64,000 nt of DNA. Origin: Felis catus. Lineage: Eukaryota. Location of the stretch: NCBI RefSeq assembly GCF_018350175.1, contig NC_058368.1:127288001-127352000 (forward strand). Reading direction: 5' to 3'. Under the pieces are notes generated by a model. It saw only the letters and a list, made by a program, of their open reading frames with translations, was not told the DNA's origin and did no database searches. Position numbers and translations under genes: made by a program. Position 1 is the first letter of the stretch. Each line of letters starts with the position of its first letter. Below, in pieces: positions 23,691 to 37,750 of this stretch.

Positions 23691-26366
23691 AAGCCTGTGG
23701 AATGCTCCAGATGTAGATCTCCCTAAAATTTCTGGCTCCTCTTCTCTGTTCTGCAGCTGCCTCTGCATAGGGGTGGGGAAAGGGCGTCCCAAGGACACAG
23801 TCTGAAAACTCCTTAGACAGAATACTGTGGTCTCTTCCAACATGAAGATACTATGATTTGACTTTTTTTTGAAGTAAAGCCCTGGGTCACTGTGGTGTTC
23901 CCATGACTGTCACTATTAACATGCCCTCTTTGTCAAAACTATTCCTGATTTTGTGGGCATGATTTTCTTTACATTCTTTATGCACATGTAATATACTTCA
24001 CAGGAAAAATAACAACATACCAAAAGGACTGTAACTCTCATGTCTTCAGTCCACACATCAGACTTAAAACAGTAACCTTCCAGTCATCCAACATCCCTTC
24101 AATATTCACACTCTCTCCTGGCTGTCAACTAACAAACGACAGACATTTCTTCTAAGCTGGATTTATTTGAGGCTTCTTATATGCTATAGCATTACATGGT
24201 TTGACTCCTTAAAAAATAATTTTGGAAACCTGCTCGAGAAATGATGTTTTTATTGAAATATACATGCTGGTTCAACTATTATTTAATACTGTCTACTTTC
24301 TAGGGAATGAGATGGGAATGGCATTCTAGGGAATGTTAAGGGAAAAGAGAGGCAGCATTTAGTTTGGCACTATTCTTTAAAATCCACTCTTCAAATTGAC
24401 CTCTGCTATGGTGATGAGCTCTACAGAAAATCACTTGGCAATGCCATTTCAAATATCCTGAGACAGAATCATCTTTACGGTACTTAGCGAATATGTTCTT
24501 GGAAATGCAAGATTTTTCATAAACATATATCAAAATAAATTTTAAAAATATCAAAATGAAAGAAAAACATTAAATAATACACTAGTAAATAAGGACAGGC
24601 TTTAAAAGTGTGCATAAATCATCATCATAACAGTATAAACCTGTTCGGCTCTTGCTTAATGATCATCAGCAAAGACATCTCTCAAATGACAATTATCTTC
24701 TTATGCTCCTCTTTAATAGAACCCCACATTTTGCTATATCCCATATGAATTCAATCATTATGTACCCATAAATGTATATGGTTGGAAATAATTTTTAAAT
24801 CTTTTAAATAAGAAAATATGTGAACATCTCACATGTATTGCCTTGAGACCATCCCCTTATTGAAATTCCATAGATAAAAATATCCATAATCTTTAAAGTA
24901 TTTTACTATTCTCAAGGACCTGCCTAGAGCAGCAGAGTTGCTGAAGGGGTACTCTTCCCTGACTCCTTTCATCTGAGTGATTCATATCAACCAGGGAGTA
25001 GAGGAGGTAGTGGAAGGGGCATTTCAGTTGGTGCCTAAAAGACCATACATAACACTCACCAGTCTATATTTCTTGTTAAGGCTCGTTGCCTGGCAACAGT
25101 GGCCTCTCCCCAAACTGTACTGAGGATGCAACTTAGTGTTTAGGGACACACTTGCACCTCCCTTTATCTCTAAGGCTGTGTCTTTACTAGAAAAGAATAT
25201 GCTCTCTTCTTCCTTATTCAGGCTAATAATGTTACTGATCATTTACTAGATGGGCAGACATTCACAGTATAAACACTGAAATTGAACCAATGTGGCAAAG
25301 AATATTATGGTTTCTGTTCAAGTGGCAATGGAGCTACATTCCAACAGGAAGAACAGTTTATTGGGGTTTGGGGACAGGCACATTCTGGTTTTTACTTGGG
25401 TCTCTTCCCCTTATGGGGCACTCTTGACACTCACCTCTGCTCTCTCCCCTGGTTATGCCCTTCTCCCTGATAACATCAACTACAGAGAATTCCAACTAAG
25501 TAAACCATTTCTGGATAATTCCACTGGCATCCAGGTTTGTCCATGACTGGAAGGTTCTTAGAAGGCAAGTTAAAACAGTGGTTCTCTAGGGGCTTCACAT
25601 TTGCATACTTCAAGCCAAATGTATTTCTCGTAATACCAATACTAACTAGTGATTTAGTGGTTGACAAATAATGTTTTTGTTTTCATGCCCAACATGTAAT
25701 GTACTGTGGTTGTCTAAAGCCAACCAACTGGCATATCTTTATTTTCCCACAGTGGTCCTATAAATATTATATCTAGGAAAATGGCATCCCTGTAATTCAA
25801 GACTTGGTGACTATGGAGTTCTGTACTTTGAGATAGTCTAGGTAATCCTACACCAGTCAGAAATCCCACTAAGATTTGCAGAACGAGATCTTATTTTCTT
25901 ATTTTCCAGAACCCCATCATCATTCTAGAAAAATAACATGAACTAGGTACCATGGTGATATTTGTGCCCCTTCCTTTTTCTCATCTTTCGTCAAAAGCAG
26001 CAACAAACCCAAGATGCTGTGTCTTCATTCCCATGATGGCACTTTTAATCCCACACATTTCTGTGATGCAGTAACACTAGAAAGAACATCAGATCTCAGC
26101 AGCCTATACTTGAAGCCTCGGTTTTGACACTAACTAGTTGCCTCATCTCGTGAAATCACTTGGTTATTTATTTCACATGTTCTCTTGTGTAAGCTATAAC
26201 TTGAGCCAGCTCTAAATTTCTCTGAGTTCTGAAACTCCTTGATTTTATGATTCATCAACCACTGCTTAACAACTAGTAATATACACCATGATGCATGAGA
26301 CTGAAGTTAGTAAACCAGTTAGTTAAACAACCACCACAACAAACTCAGCTCTGGCTTTGGATCACT

Positions 26367-27283
26367 ATTTTGTTTGTTTGTTTGTTTAGAGAATGTGCAC
26401 AGGGTGGGGAGGTGCAGAGAGAGAGTGAGAGAGAGAGAGAATCCCAAGCAGGCTCTGCACTGTCAGCATACAGGCGGGGCACTAACTCAGGAACAGTGAG
26501 ATCATGACCTTTGATGGGGTTCTGGAGCGGTGGTGAGAGTCTGGAGGCAACAGCCAAGATAGAATTCTTGAGATGTCTTTGTTGCAAAAAAGGTGATTTC
26601 ATTAAAGCACAGGGCCAGGACCCATGGGCAGAAAGAACTCAGTTATAAGTGTGAGGGGTGAAGGATTATACACCTGGGCATTGAGGGAGGTAAGGAAAAA
26701 GGGAAGTTCCCAAAAGGACTTTCATATGCTAAAGAGGACTCTAAAAATACCATAGGCCTTGCTATTGTCAAGTTAATTTTGTTTTCCCTCTAGTAAGGAA
26801 TTAACATTAAGACAAGCCACAGTTTATTGGAGGCATGTTTTACTGTACCTGCGTCAAATATTTGTCAATGGGTTGCAGGTTAGAAAGAAACTTAATGATA
26901 TTTACATTTTCTTCTTGCCTTTGTTGCCCACATCACTATGGAGGGGAGGGTAATGTAGGCCTCTGGGACACTGAGTCTCTAGGTTTCTGGAGACCAGGCT
27001 ATTGATAAGATTGCCTTTTTCTTGTCATTTACTAAGACATTTGTAAACTAATGGAGACTCTTGTCCTGCATGACTGTGATCTCTATCAGTTAACCACTAG
27101 TTTTTCCTTTTCCTTTGTTCTTGGACAGCCAGGAGTGCCTGAGGAATGTCATACATATCCTACCTAGGGGATGGAGAGGGCGGCTAGCTTGTACTTTACC
27201 TTCCGCTTGCCTTATGCTCCCTCATCAACCTGAGCTTAAATTAAGAGTCAGACACTTAACTGACTGTGTCACCCAGGCGCCCC
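26367..27283 (-). mobile_element. CAN-SINE split by an LTR insertion
   Basis: Halves ...gagatcatgacct (to 26510) and acctgagcttaaattaagagtcagac...ggcgcccc (from 27228); TSD tggatcact at 26358-26366 and 27285-27293. Confidence 0.93.
26512..27227 (-). mobile_element. Carnivore ERV solo LTR (probably class I)
   Basis: Termini TGATG...CATCA form an inverted repeat, acct target duplication, 716 bp; degenerate poly(A)-like and TATA-like motifs suggest minus orientation. Confidence 0.85.
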
Positions 27284-28795
27284 ATGGATCACTCTTGAAA
27301 GTAAGTTCTAGAAACCTAGGCAAGCCTAGAGCCCAAGGATAATAGAGATAAGAGGAAATGATGTTATGGTAGTACATGGCAGTATGTTTTTAGAATCCAC
27401 CCGGTCAGTAGCACAGTGCTTAGTTCATAGAAATCACGGTAGTTACTTGTTATTTGATTGAAGGGTAGAAAGATGATCTGTATCATCTATTAGTATTCAG
27501 GAAACTAAGGAACGACTATATAGTACATCCAATGATTTCTGCAATGTGTCAGCCATCTGGGCTTTATTTTCACTGTATGTCATTGCTATTTATTAAAGAG
27601 TATGAATAATTAAGACGAGACATCTGGCCCTGCCTATATACCCACACTGAAAGTTTTTCAAAAAGATATACACAGGAAATTAACATGGATACTTGGACAT
27701 AAAAGGCTGGCATAATTTTTTTAAGTCCCTACCAATAAGGCTTTACAAAATAACCTCTCTTCCCAAGAATGATGCCTTGAATCAAGACTTCTATCAAATT
27801 TTTAGATGTGTTATATAAGTACATATATTTATTGTGCAGCTAATACAGTCTTACTGCAGAACAGTTTTTCTAGAAGAAGTGCCCTGACCAAAGACCAAGA
27901 AGGTAATGTTCCTGAGTGCTTTTATTTCTGCATAAGATAAGAGCTAAAGCTGTCAGAAAATGATTAACACTCAGACATTCTCACTTACTGTCAAAGTCAT
28001 CCCCAAAGAGGCAGAACGCAGGATCGCCCTGGGCTTTCCTAGCTCCCTGATGTCAATTCTGATCAAACTCATATAACATGTTATGCCAACTGCTTGATTC
28101 TCCCAGGTTCTATGAGTATACAATTCTCTGCAAAATGAGGTTGCCATCTAAATGGCATCAAAACTGCTTTGAAATATTGGCAAAAGGGTTTAAGCTTTTT
28201 CTAATGTCTTTCACCTACCACAAATGCAAGCCTGAAAAAAAAATGATCAAGTCTTTCCTGTTCCCTTCAACTGAGATCACAATCATAACATAAAATATTT
28301 TTTTTCTGGATTCCTTTGTTCGATTTGGAGGAGAGACAATGGGCACCCTGTTAAAATTGACCTCATATGGGTTCATGGATATGATTTGGTTATGGGCTAA
28401 TGCATGTGCCACCTCTGAGATTCTGAATGCAGTGTGGCCTAGAAAACCATATTATGTGAATCATTTGCTCGCCACTTCTCATTTCCCATCCTTACTTTCC
28501 TCGGTCTTTTCTCTGTCACTATGTAAGGTCACGATAGACTATTCATGGTTGTTCCTCAGAAATGGAAATAGGCTTTCAAATATTGGAAATGTCATCACAA
28601 CTGTTTGTGCACTAAAGCTGTAAACTTTTTATCTTATTTACAATAGATGTGTTCCTGTGCTATCTTAAATTAATTATTAACAAAGAAATAATAGCTAACA
28701 CTTAAAAAATATTATGATGTGATATACTGTATGGATTATACAAATATATTATTTCGGTTAACCATTATAACTCCTTTAAAAAGTAGATATTATAG

Positions 28796-29201
28796 GGGCA
28801 CCTGGGTGGCGCAGTCAATTGAGTGTCCAACTTCAGCTCAGGCCATGATCTCATGGTCAGCGATGGGCTCTGTGCTGACATCTCAGAGCCTGGAGCCTGC
28901 TTTGGATTCTGTGTCTCCCTCTCCCTCTGTCCCTCCCATGCTCACTCTCTGTCTCCTCTCTCTCTAAAAAACAAATAACCCGGGGTGCCTGGCTGGCTTA
29001 TTCGGTTGAGGGTCCGACTTCAGCTCAGGCCATGATCTCGCGGACTGTGAGTTCGAGCTTCGCATTGGGCTCTGTGCTGACAGCTCAGAGCCTGGAGCCT
29101 GCTTCAGATTCTGTCTCTCCCTCTCTCTCTCAAAAATAAATAAAGATTTAAAAAAATAAAATAAAATAAAATAAAAAATAAATAAAAAACAAATAACTAT
29201 T
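28796..29201 (+). mobile_element. CAN-SINE (outer, with internal deletion)
   Basis: ggggcacctgggtggcgcagtc head; flanks aaaagtagatattat and aaaagatagacattat. Confidence 0.9.
28982..29182 (+). mobile_element. CAN-SINE nested in the tail of the previous SINE
   Basis: TSD taaaaaacaaataac at 28965-28979 and 29183-29197. Confidence 0.93.
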
Positions 29202-31456
29202 AAAAGATAGACATTATTTTCCCAGTTTTATAGGTATGCCCATAGCTGTTGAGTTACTTAAAATTTTCATGTGTGCTCAGTTAAGCAGAGACCAAGAGAA
29301 AATGAGGAAATATGACAGCAAGGTGTGCACAGGAAGGCTAGAGTCAGGATCCAGGGCTTGCATGCCTCTCACACAAGAATTCACTGTGTGACATTAGACA
29401 AGCCACTTAAATTTAGCTTTCTTATGGCTAAATGATGCTATCAGTTATATCCTTTTCTTAGTTTTTTCTATTTTCTTATACATGTTCTTATTCGAAAGAA
29501 AGGGTTTAAAGCAGTTTTTAAGGATACATATGCTCAAAGATTTTTAAAAGGTAGATCAGGGAGGGGAGGTGTCGTGAAAAAGTGACAGAAATGAGGCTAA
29601 TATGAAAAGACATGTCTTGAAGAATTAGACCCTGGCTATGAACTTGACTCAAAGCTTTAAAGCAATCATTGAACAAGCAAAACCTGGTGAGTTGCACAAC
29701 TGCAGAGGAGAAATAATCTGCCTCCTAGCATTGCAAGCAAATCAGTGAGATCTTGCAACAACAAACGTTAACTTCCCCACCCCTCCTCTGCTCTATGCAA
29801 TGGCAGGCAGTCCTGGAGCAGCTGAGAAAGGAAGCCGGCCAAGACCAGCCCTTTAGGGAAAAAGCACAAGGTCCTTCCTGCCACTCCACTCGCTGTGTCG
29901 CTCTCGTCCTGTAGGTCAGACACTCACTGTGTGGGCACAGGGGGCATTGCTTTTCCACTCACACTGCCATTGCCCTTCTGTGGGAAGGATTCTTAAGCAA
30001 ATTACTTAGACTTGACTCTGATAGCCCCTGGCTCTCTCATGGTTTAGACATCTCACACAGATCTTACGACATCAGCAAGAGTAAATAAATAGATTAATTA
30101 ATAAAGTTGAACCATTGAAGCAAAATAAAATATAACAGATTCAGAAGTGCTACAATTTTTAAGGCCTGGAGGTCACTGAGTCTATAGCTTTCATTTCATT
30201 TTTGTACCTCGCATTTTCATGCATTACCAGTACCAAATAATTTGAGCTATTCAACTGATGCACGCTGAAGGATAAAGAAAAAAACAGCAAAGAGATGTGC
30301 ATCTTGTAAGATTTGAAATACAGCTATGTAATCTATCAGAAATGAATTTAGAATGGATAAGCTGTTTAAATATGCATTTGAAATACCATTACCAGGAACA
30401 TCTCTGCTACGTTTTGTGGTTTTTTAATACAATTGGTAACGGTGGCATTAGCGTGTGGGAAGCTGTGCGCAGTGCTTAGCAAACAGTTATTTAATGCCAA
30501 GATATGCATTCAATAAAAATAACTAGACATATATTTAGTACATCAATAAACTTTTTAAAGAAATGTAATCACTGGGATAATCTTTTTTTGTTTTGTTTTT
30601 GTGTCTGTTTTTTTTTTCTTTGTTTTTTTGAGAAGTCTTCAGAGAACTTTCAAAATAGGGTTGGGATATGCATGGTTTGGGGATATTTGTATGCACTGAA
30701 ATACAACAGTTGAATTATCACCATGATAAAATATTTTTGGATATATTAAGATTGATGGTTCAGCTGGTAAGTAAAATTTAAGGGTGAGTGGGAGAGAGAC
30801 AGATGTAGAACACATCTGTGCTTTCCAAATGAGATGAGTCAAAAACAGGAGAAAAATGACAAACTTGTCTGGCAAATAAGCTAGGGGTTGTTTTCCAATC
30901 TAAGCCAATTTCTTTATTTTAATATTAATAAGAACCATTGTTGCTGTTCACTCTATAATACTGCTGTTCTCCTCCTGAGGCTTATACTTACTTAGGCTCT
31001 TCTGTTTTTCACAAAAGCACATGCCTTAAAAATATTAATTAGTTTCTCTCCTGATATGTCAGAACAATTTTTTAATTAAATGCAATTTTAGTTGATAAGT
31101 GGAATTACTTTGTTTTTCAGACCTCGATACTTCTAGGGGGAATCCCATAGAAACTTGCTGGAAAAAACACACTTGTTTGGCATAAGAATCAGATGTATTT
31201 GTTACTTTAATGAAAGCAAATATATGGAATTTCAGTATTTTTTTTCTTCACTGTTTCAAGACTCTCAACAATTTAATTAATAATATTTGGGGTGGTTTAG
31301 CAGTGGGATGAATTTGTATTCATTTCTATATACCCACATAAAAGGGCTCAGAATGACTCATTAGTAGAAAGAAATCTTAAAATCAAAGAATTGTGTCATG
31401 GTTGAGTCTCAAGGAGATTTGACAATTTCATGAAATTTTGTTTTCTCCTTATTTCT

Positions 31457-31685
31457 TTACATTTTAATATTTTTGTTTATTTTTGAGAGAGATATATAGA
31501 TAGAGAGAGAGAGAGAGAGAGAGAGCGCCGGTGGGGGAGTGGCAGAAAGAGGGAGACAGAGAATCCAGGCTCCAGGCTCTGAGCTGTCAGCACAGAGCCT
31601 GACACGGAGCTCGAACCCACGAACCACAAGATCATGACCCGATCCAAAGTCGTACATTTAACCAACTGAGCCACCCAGGCACCCC
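31457..31685 (-). mobile_element. CAN-SINE
   Basis: Antisense body ending gagccacccaggcacccc. Confidence 0.95.
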
Positions 31686-34367
31686 ATTATGTTTTAATAA
31701 CCTACCAACTCTTCTTTCTCTATGCAATTGTTTTCTCACATGTATAGTGGTGATAATAGGATCTAAGATTTCAACTTTTTAAAAGTATGAGTTTAATAAA
31801 ATCCCTGGTATTTCTCTGAAGATCATGAAATTATAAAACAGCATTGCCTTAATAAAACAACAATAACATTTTAATAGTACTGCCTGTGTAGCAAGAAGAT
31901 CATTTTGCAAATATTTGTTTATCTCCTTGGACTCTCACATGCCCTCAAAAATGAGACACCCTGTGAGTAAAGTTGATTGATTTTTTCCCCTCTCTTTTCT
32001 AAATCAACATTGGAGGATATACCCTCTTAAAATAGATTTCCATGTGCCAAATGATTTTTAATAGCAGCTGGTTGAACTTGGTCAAACAAAACTGTTTAAA
32101 AATATTTGATATATTGGCTGTTACTCAACCCCACCATCACGTGCAAAATAGTTTTTTTGTTGTTGTTGTTTTCCAAGTGACCATAGCAAGTAAGTATGGA
32201 GTAGTTCCTTCATACGAATCACTGTGTCAAACGCCTTCATACACATCATCTCAGTTCTTTATAGGAGGACCAGGAAATATGTATTATGACCCTCACTTTA
32301 CACGTGACGCTAGACAGCTGAATAACAAATGTGGAAAAGAAATAAAGCCAACTAAAAATGGCTCCTTAACTTAAAAAAAAATGCCATTCAAAGAATATTT
32401 GCCCAAGCTGAGAATGTAAACCACTCGGAAATGTACTATTGCTTATCTGCTATGGTCGACGTTTGTCATTTTTGTGCACTCTGATGTTCACCTGCATTTG
32501 TACAGGATAATAACTAATCATATTAAATGGAAGCAAATGAAGCTAATATGACTAAATTATCTTGTTCTCTTGATGTGGTACAGAAAATAATTGAACAGGT
32601 GAACATACAATACTTTATTAAGTGCCAAAATTAATTGGAAACTGATACGGTACCACAAAAGTAAAAGGCTCGATCACCTCCCCCACCATAAAGCAGCTCT
32701 ACAAAATATGTTTCTAGTGCAGCTGTGAGTCCCTTAGGGAGAACAGAGAAAGTCTGCACAGCGGAGGGAAGGAGCATGAGATCCAGACCCCATTGGCAGC
32801 AGATTCAATCTTGGTTCTACATACTAAAGGAGAGAATTTGTGCAAGGTACTTCATGTCTTCTCAACTTATCTTTCTTTCCTCTGCTTGAACATGTAGGGG
32901 CAAAAAGGTATTTCCATGGTAATGGTAATATTTTACATATTTCTGAAAGTCATCTGAAGCAGATTTGCCCCTTGACAAGATGGTTCAAGTCAGTTACTTC
33001 TATGCAGTGGCTAGATGTATGATTTTATATTGCCTTCTGCGCTTTTCCATATGTTTGAAATGTCTCCTCTGTTTAAAAGAGAGTCAAATGAATATATAAA
33101 TAACATGGCAATTGACAGAATCTCCTTCTGGGTGGAACGCTGAGGTAAACTTTAAGTCAGATATCATATCTAAAGTAGATAACACAGAGCAGTTACCTGT
33201 TCAAATACCAGTTCCCCTCTCCATTTACAATTATTTTCTGGCAACACACCATGACCTTCTACATCACCAGTTTCAACCACAAACAAGAACACGGACTTTC
33301 CAGTAAAAACAAGCCAGTAGTGATGTCAGTAGCAACTCATAAAATACTAATTAAGTGTCTACAACACAAGAAAAGTCATATAACATTGAAAGCATATTTT
33401 ATTTAAAAATTTCAGAAAACCTCCATACTCTCATTGTGAATAGTAACTGTTAACTAGTTGTATAAAATCAAATATTTTTCTCAGTATTTTCTGGAAAGAG
33501 GAAATAAAAACTTAAAGCACTTTCATTCTCACTGTTTACATATATATACATCCATACAGATCAAAAAAAGGAACTCAGATACCTTATTTGTTACTTTATC
33601 TTATTATAACAATAATTTCAATAGTTAAATATCATGAACAAGATATTAAAAAGTTGAATGTCAGATCAGTCCCATACTATTATTTTTTTTTCCTTCAACA
33701 GTTGATTTCAGGAATTTTGGAAAAAATGCAAGACGTGCATTAGGCACGTAAACAAAAAAGACTATTCTGAAGAAAAAATATTTTTTTTTTTGGCAGGTGG
33801 CTAAAATTCTTGGTAAAGATTCAAAGATTAATGTAAAGTTTCTGAAACATGATGAAGCCTCATTTTTCCTTATCTTGTCTCATTCTCACATTGCCTATTA
33901 AATGACTAGTTATAAATAGCAATTAAGTATTTTTTTTCCTCAAATAAGCCAGTAACTCAAGTTATGGGGCCCAAATGATAGGTTTCCTGGTGTTTAAATA
34001 TATTATTGTGTTTGAATGTGTAGATAAATTACTAGGACAGAAACAGAATGATTAACTACGGATCGATGTGGCAGGGTATTTTAGGATCCATGGTAACGGG
34101 AGGACTGATTCTATCTACTTCTGAAAATATATAATTGTTTAAGTTAGGTTCATGAAGCCACACAATTCCGGAAGGATATGCAGTATACCTGAATACTGGA
34201 GCATTATGGAAGAAGGCGGGGCACATGTATCCGCACATGAAACAGTGATCTGATCACAATTGACCACATTACAAAACAGGTCACTTTTTTCTCAGTTATG
34301 TTAAGGACTGCTTCGAAAATTAAGTGGCTCAATATACACCCATGGAAATAGGATTAGAAACAACATG

Positions 34368-34588
34368 GGGGCGCCTGGGTAGCTGAGGAGTGCATCCGAC
34401 TTCCGCTCGGTCACGATCTCGAGGTCCGTGAGTTCGAGCCCCGCGTCGGGCTCTGTGCTGATGGCTCAGAGCCTGGAGCCTGCTTCCGATTCTGTGTCTC
34501 TCTCTCTCTGTCTACCCCTCCCCCGTTCATGCTCTGTCTCTCCCTGTCTCCAAAATAAATAAACGTTAAAAAAAAATAAAAAAAAAAA
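34368..34588 (+). mobile_element. SINEC_Fc-type CAN-SINE with altered 5' head
   Basis: CpG-rich body; TSD agaaacaacatg at 34356-34367 and 34589-34600. Confidence 0.95.
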
Positions 34589-36243
34589 AGAAACAACATG
34601 AGCTTTGTAAACTTGTCTTGGTCCTAGTAACCCCAATTAAGATTAGAGAAATATTTCCTTTAACAGTCTGCAGGTGTGCTGTCAAAAATGCAGGGCAACC
34701 CAGTAAGACAATGTAATGCTCTGTTACTACCTGGTGTGATATTAAAAATGCAACGTGACCTAGTGAGATAGGCAATGTGATATTCTGAGTGTTACTACCT
34801 GGTGAGTTCAGACCAACAATAACAGGGAATATCATCTAAGCTGCCAGAATTCTTTGTGCTCCATTTGTGAACATCGCAATGTGTCAGACATGAAGGAGTT
34901 TTCTAGAAGATATGTAGCCATTAAAAACTTTGAAGGTATTGCCATGTTGCTAAAATGATGGACTATAGATTCCAAAAAGAAATACTTGCTAGAATTAAGA
35001 TACAAATTCAGCTCCTGAACATCTGTTAACAAAATTAAGTGTCCTAATTTGACACAAATATCAGATCTGGGCAAAAAAAAAACAAGAAAAAACCTGAAAA
35101 CTTTTTTCCTGATCCACATTAATCCTTATAGAAAGGGAGACATCGGGAGAAAGTTGAAATGTTAGTCATAATTAGTCAAAAGATTGCACAACAATCTTTT
35201 AAACTATTACTAATTATCCCTGATCTCCATCTTCCAAAACACCAGAAAAAGCTCTCAACATCTAAGAGATCTCTTGCACCTGCATTAGAGGTTTGAAGCA
35301 GCCCCATCAGCAGGCGGTGTGTCCCAACAAGACCAGAAAAATATCATTCAGTGATAAAGAGACTTTGAGGTGTACCCGAAACTTATTCCTCACTTGGAGC
35401 CCCAATTGGAATGAATGAGTTTGTTCTATACATTTCTGTACCAAAAAGCTAGTTTCTAACACAAGATCCTGTGTTCAAACCCCCTTCAGGCAACTATGCA
35501 ATTGCCAACTAAGGCAGAAATCTCTCTGGCTGCTACTTTGGTCAATGTATTCTTTTTGCCATATTCAGCCCATTGAAGGCTTATCTCCTCCACCAACAGT
35601 TACCTCCCAATGAGCCTTCTCTCTTCTTTAGCCTTTGTGATATTGTAAGTGAACTCACATATGTACCTGATCAATTCTGAAGATAATTTGTTCAGGCCCT
35701 GGACCATGCTGAAATCAAGCTTTCCCCTGATGGCAACTTCCAAAACATTTTCTACCAGAAGTGGTTTGTTCTTTGTTATGCTTCTTGGAATCCATTAGCC
35801 TCTACTCTTCAAGAAGGCTTGCTTTGCAAGCATATCACACCTACCTCTGCCACTCTCTCTGTGCTTATCATGTATTAGTCTCTGGATCTTTTGGTTTCGT
35901 AGTACAATTTATCATCCAGCTTCAAAAGCCTCATCACAAATCCTCACCTCCAAATTTCCCTTCCATTTACATCCTTCAGAAGTATAGATGTCTCTCCCAC
36001 CCTGATCTGACTGGTCACTGTATCACTTTTAAGGATGAAGTTAGTAAATTTTAATTGCTCCCTTTCTCCTCTTGTTCATCCCTTCTGATCTTCTCTCCTC
36101 ATCCAATGTCACTTCCACAAGTGTATTTTTTCTGTCTTATTGTTTCATATTAGAGCCTCAGGTACTAGACCAACTTACTTTTTTCCTTATTTACCTCAAA
36201 CTCCAGAATTCAATTTTCCAACCACATGCACACTAGTGCTTTT

Positions 36244-36414
36244 TTTTTAATATGAAATTTATTGTCAAATTGGTTTCCATACAACACCCAGTGCTCATCC
36301 CAACAGATGCCCTCCTCAATACCTGTCACCCACCCTTCACTCCCTCCCACCCCCCTTGAACCCTCAGTTTGTTCTCAGTTTTTAAGTCTCTTATGTTTTG
36401 GCTCCCTCCCTCTC
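36244..36414 (-). mobile_element. Short 5'-truncated felid L1 (3' UTR only)
   Basis: atatgaaatttattgtcaaattggtttccatacaacacccagtgctcatcc; perfect 17-bp TSD tgcacactagtgctttt at 36227-36243 and 36415-36431. Confidence 0.95.
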
Positions 36415-36759
36415 TGCACACTAGTGCTTTTGAATCTTATCCTTGGTCTCCAGAAGCCCCACTTTGTGAAACTCGCACCCTCTCTCATTATAGCATTCTT
36501 CTAAGTTATAAAAAAGTCTTATCTTTGAATATTTGTTATACATACTTCCCTCAGTCTACCTGCCTTCGAATTTGGACTCTGTTTGTTCATATAGCTTTTG
36601 TTGTTATTGCTGTTTTAACTTGGGCAGCCTAAACTATAAGTAAGCCCTTTATTCTTAATTAAAAAAAAATAAAAAAAAAACCAGTGGCATATCTTTTATC
36701 TATGCTAGCACATGGGGAGTAGTACATAGATGAACTTGAAATTCAAATGTGGTCACCTC

Positions 36760-37750
36760 AACAAACATTTATTAAATGCAAATACACTAGGAAGAGTGAA
36801 TAAGGAAAATACTAGTAGTTTTAGGTCTTAGAGAGCTTGCAATCTTTGGGGGCAAATAAACACAGAAGCAAACTTCAATATTACAGAGCAAGTGCAAGGA
36901 TAGAGGAGTATCAGCATACAGAGGTACAAAGGAGGCATCAAATGCCTCCTTGAAGGCAAGAATTTGACAGTATGTATTCAGAGGTAGATGGAATTTGAGT
37001 TGAAACTCAGGAAGTCAGAAAGAGGCATCTGTGGAAGAAAGAAAGTTAGATGTTCCACAAAGAGACAACAGCAGGATGTGTATAAACTATAGAAGTACCT
37101 AGTACGAACAAAGAATAGCGTGGCCATATGTCCTATCACCTTCTGAACCTACATCCCCAATGTAAGAATTAACAGTTTCCTCATTTATTCTCAAAAGGTC
37201 ACTGTTTCAACAATAAATTAAATCACATTATGAGTATTTAAAGGGAAAAGCTGAAGGAATTTGATTGGAGAAGTTACTGCAAACCTTCCTACAGTTTGGG
37301 GACCCTATTCTGAAGAGCTGTAAGCGGAAATGTTGTCTGGTTAGATTTACAATTTTGATAGGTTTCTCCCATGCCTGTGCGAGCAATGCATGTAAGAGAA
37401 CAGAAGATTAGAGGAATGGAAACCACTTAGAAAGCCGTTATAAGGGTCCCATAAGGGCTGATGAGGATCTCAATGGGCACAGTCATGATAGAATTGACAA
37501 GAAAGGTGGGGCCTGATAAATATGTAGCATATAAAATCAACATATTGCAGTGAATGACTGGATGCACTAGCTAACTGTACCGGGAAAATACAGTCTTTTG
37601 GCAGCAAGAGGTCAGGGGCGTGATAGGATTTCATGTTTTAACAGGTGGAGGCTGAGTTGCTAATTGGAAATGTCAAGTGGAATAGACAGAGAGTCTAAAT
37701 TTTAAGGGAGAGTTTTGGGATGGAATAAAGTCTGAAGCAGCATGAACAAC
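36760..37750 (-). mobile_element. L2 remnant
   Basis: aacaaacatttattaaatgc start; gagcttgcaatc; tttgagttgaaac; gaatgactggatg; ggaaatgtcaagtgg. Confidence 0.65.

Larger units (their letters stand above)
28690..29240 (-). mobile_element. MIR remnant split by nested SINEs
   Basis: aataatagctaacactta...cattataactcc...tagatattat [SINEs] ttttcccagttttatagg. Confidence 0.6.

Noticed and set aside
34368..34415. Divergent head on an otherwise young SINE
   Set aside because: A single instance that cannot be distinguished from local mutation or sequencing error.
36929..36951. Perfect 10-bp-stem hairpin aaggaggcat-caa-atgcctcctt
   Set aside because: Too short for a pre-miRNA and inside an L2 relic; compatible with chance or a template-switch mutation.
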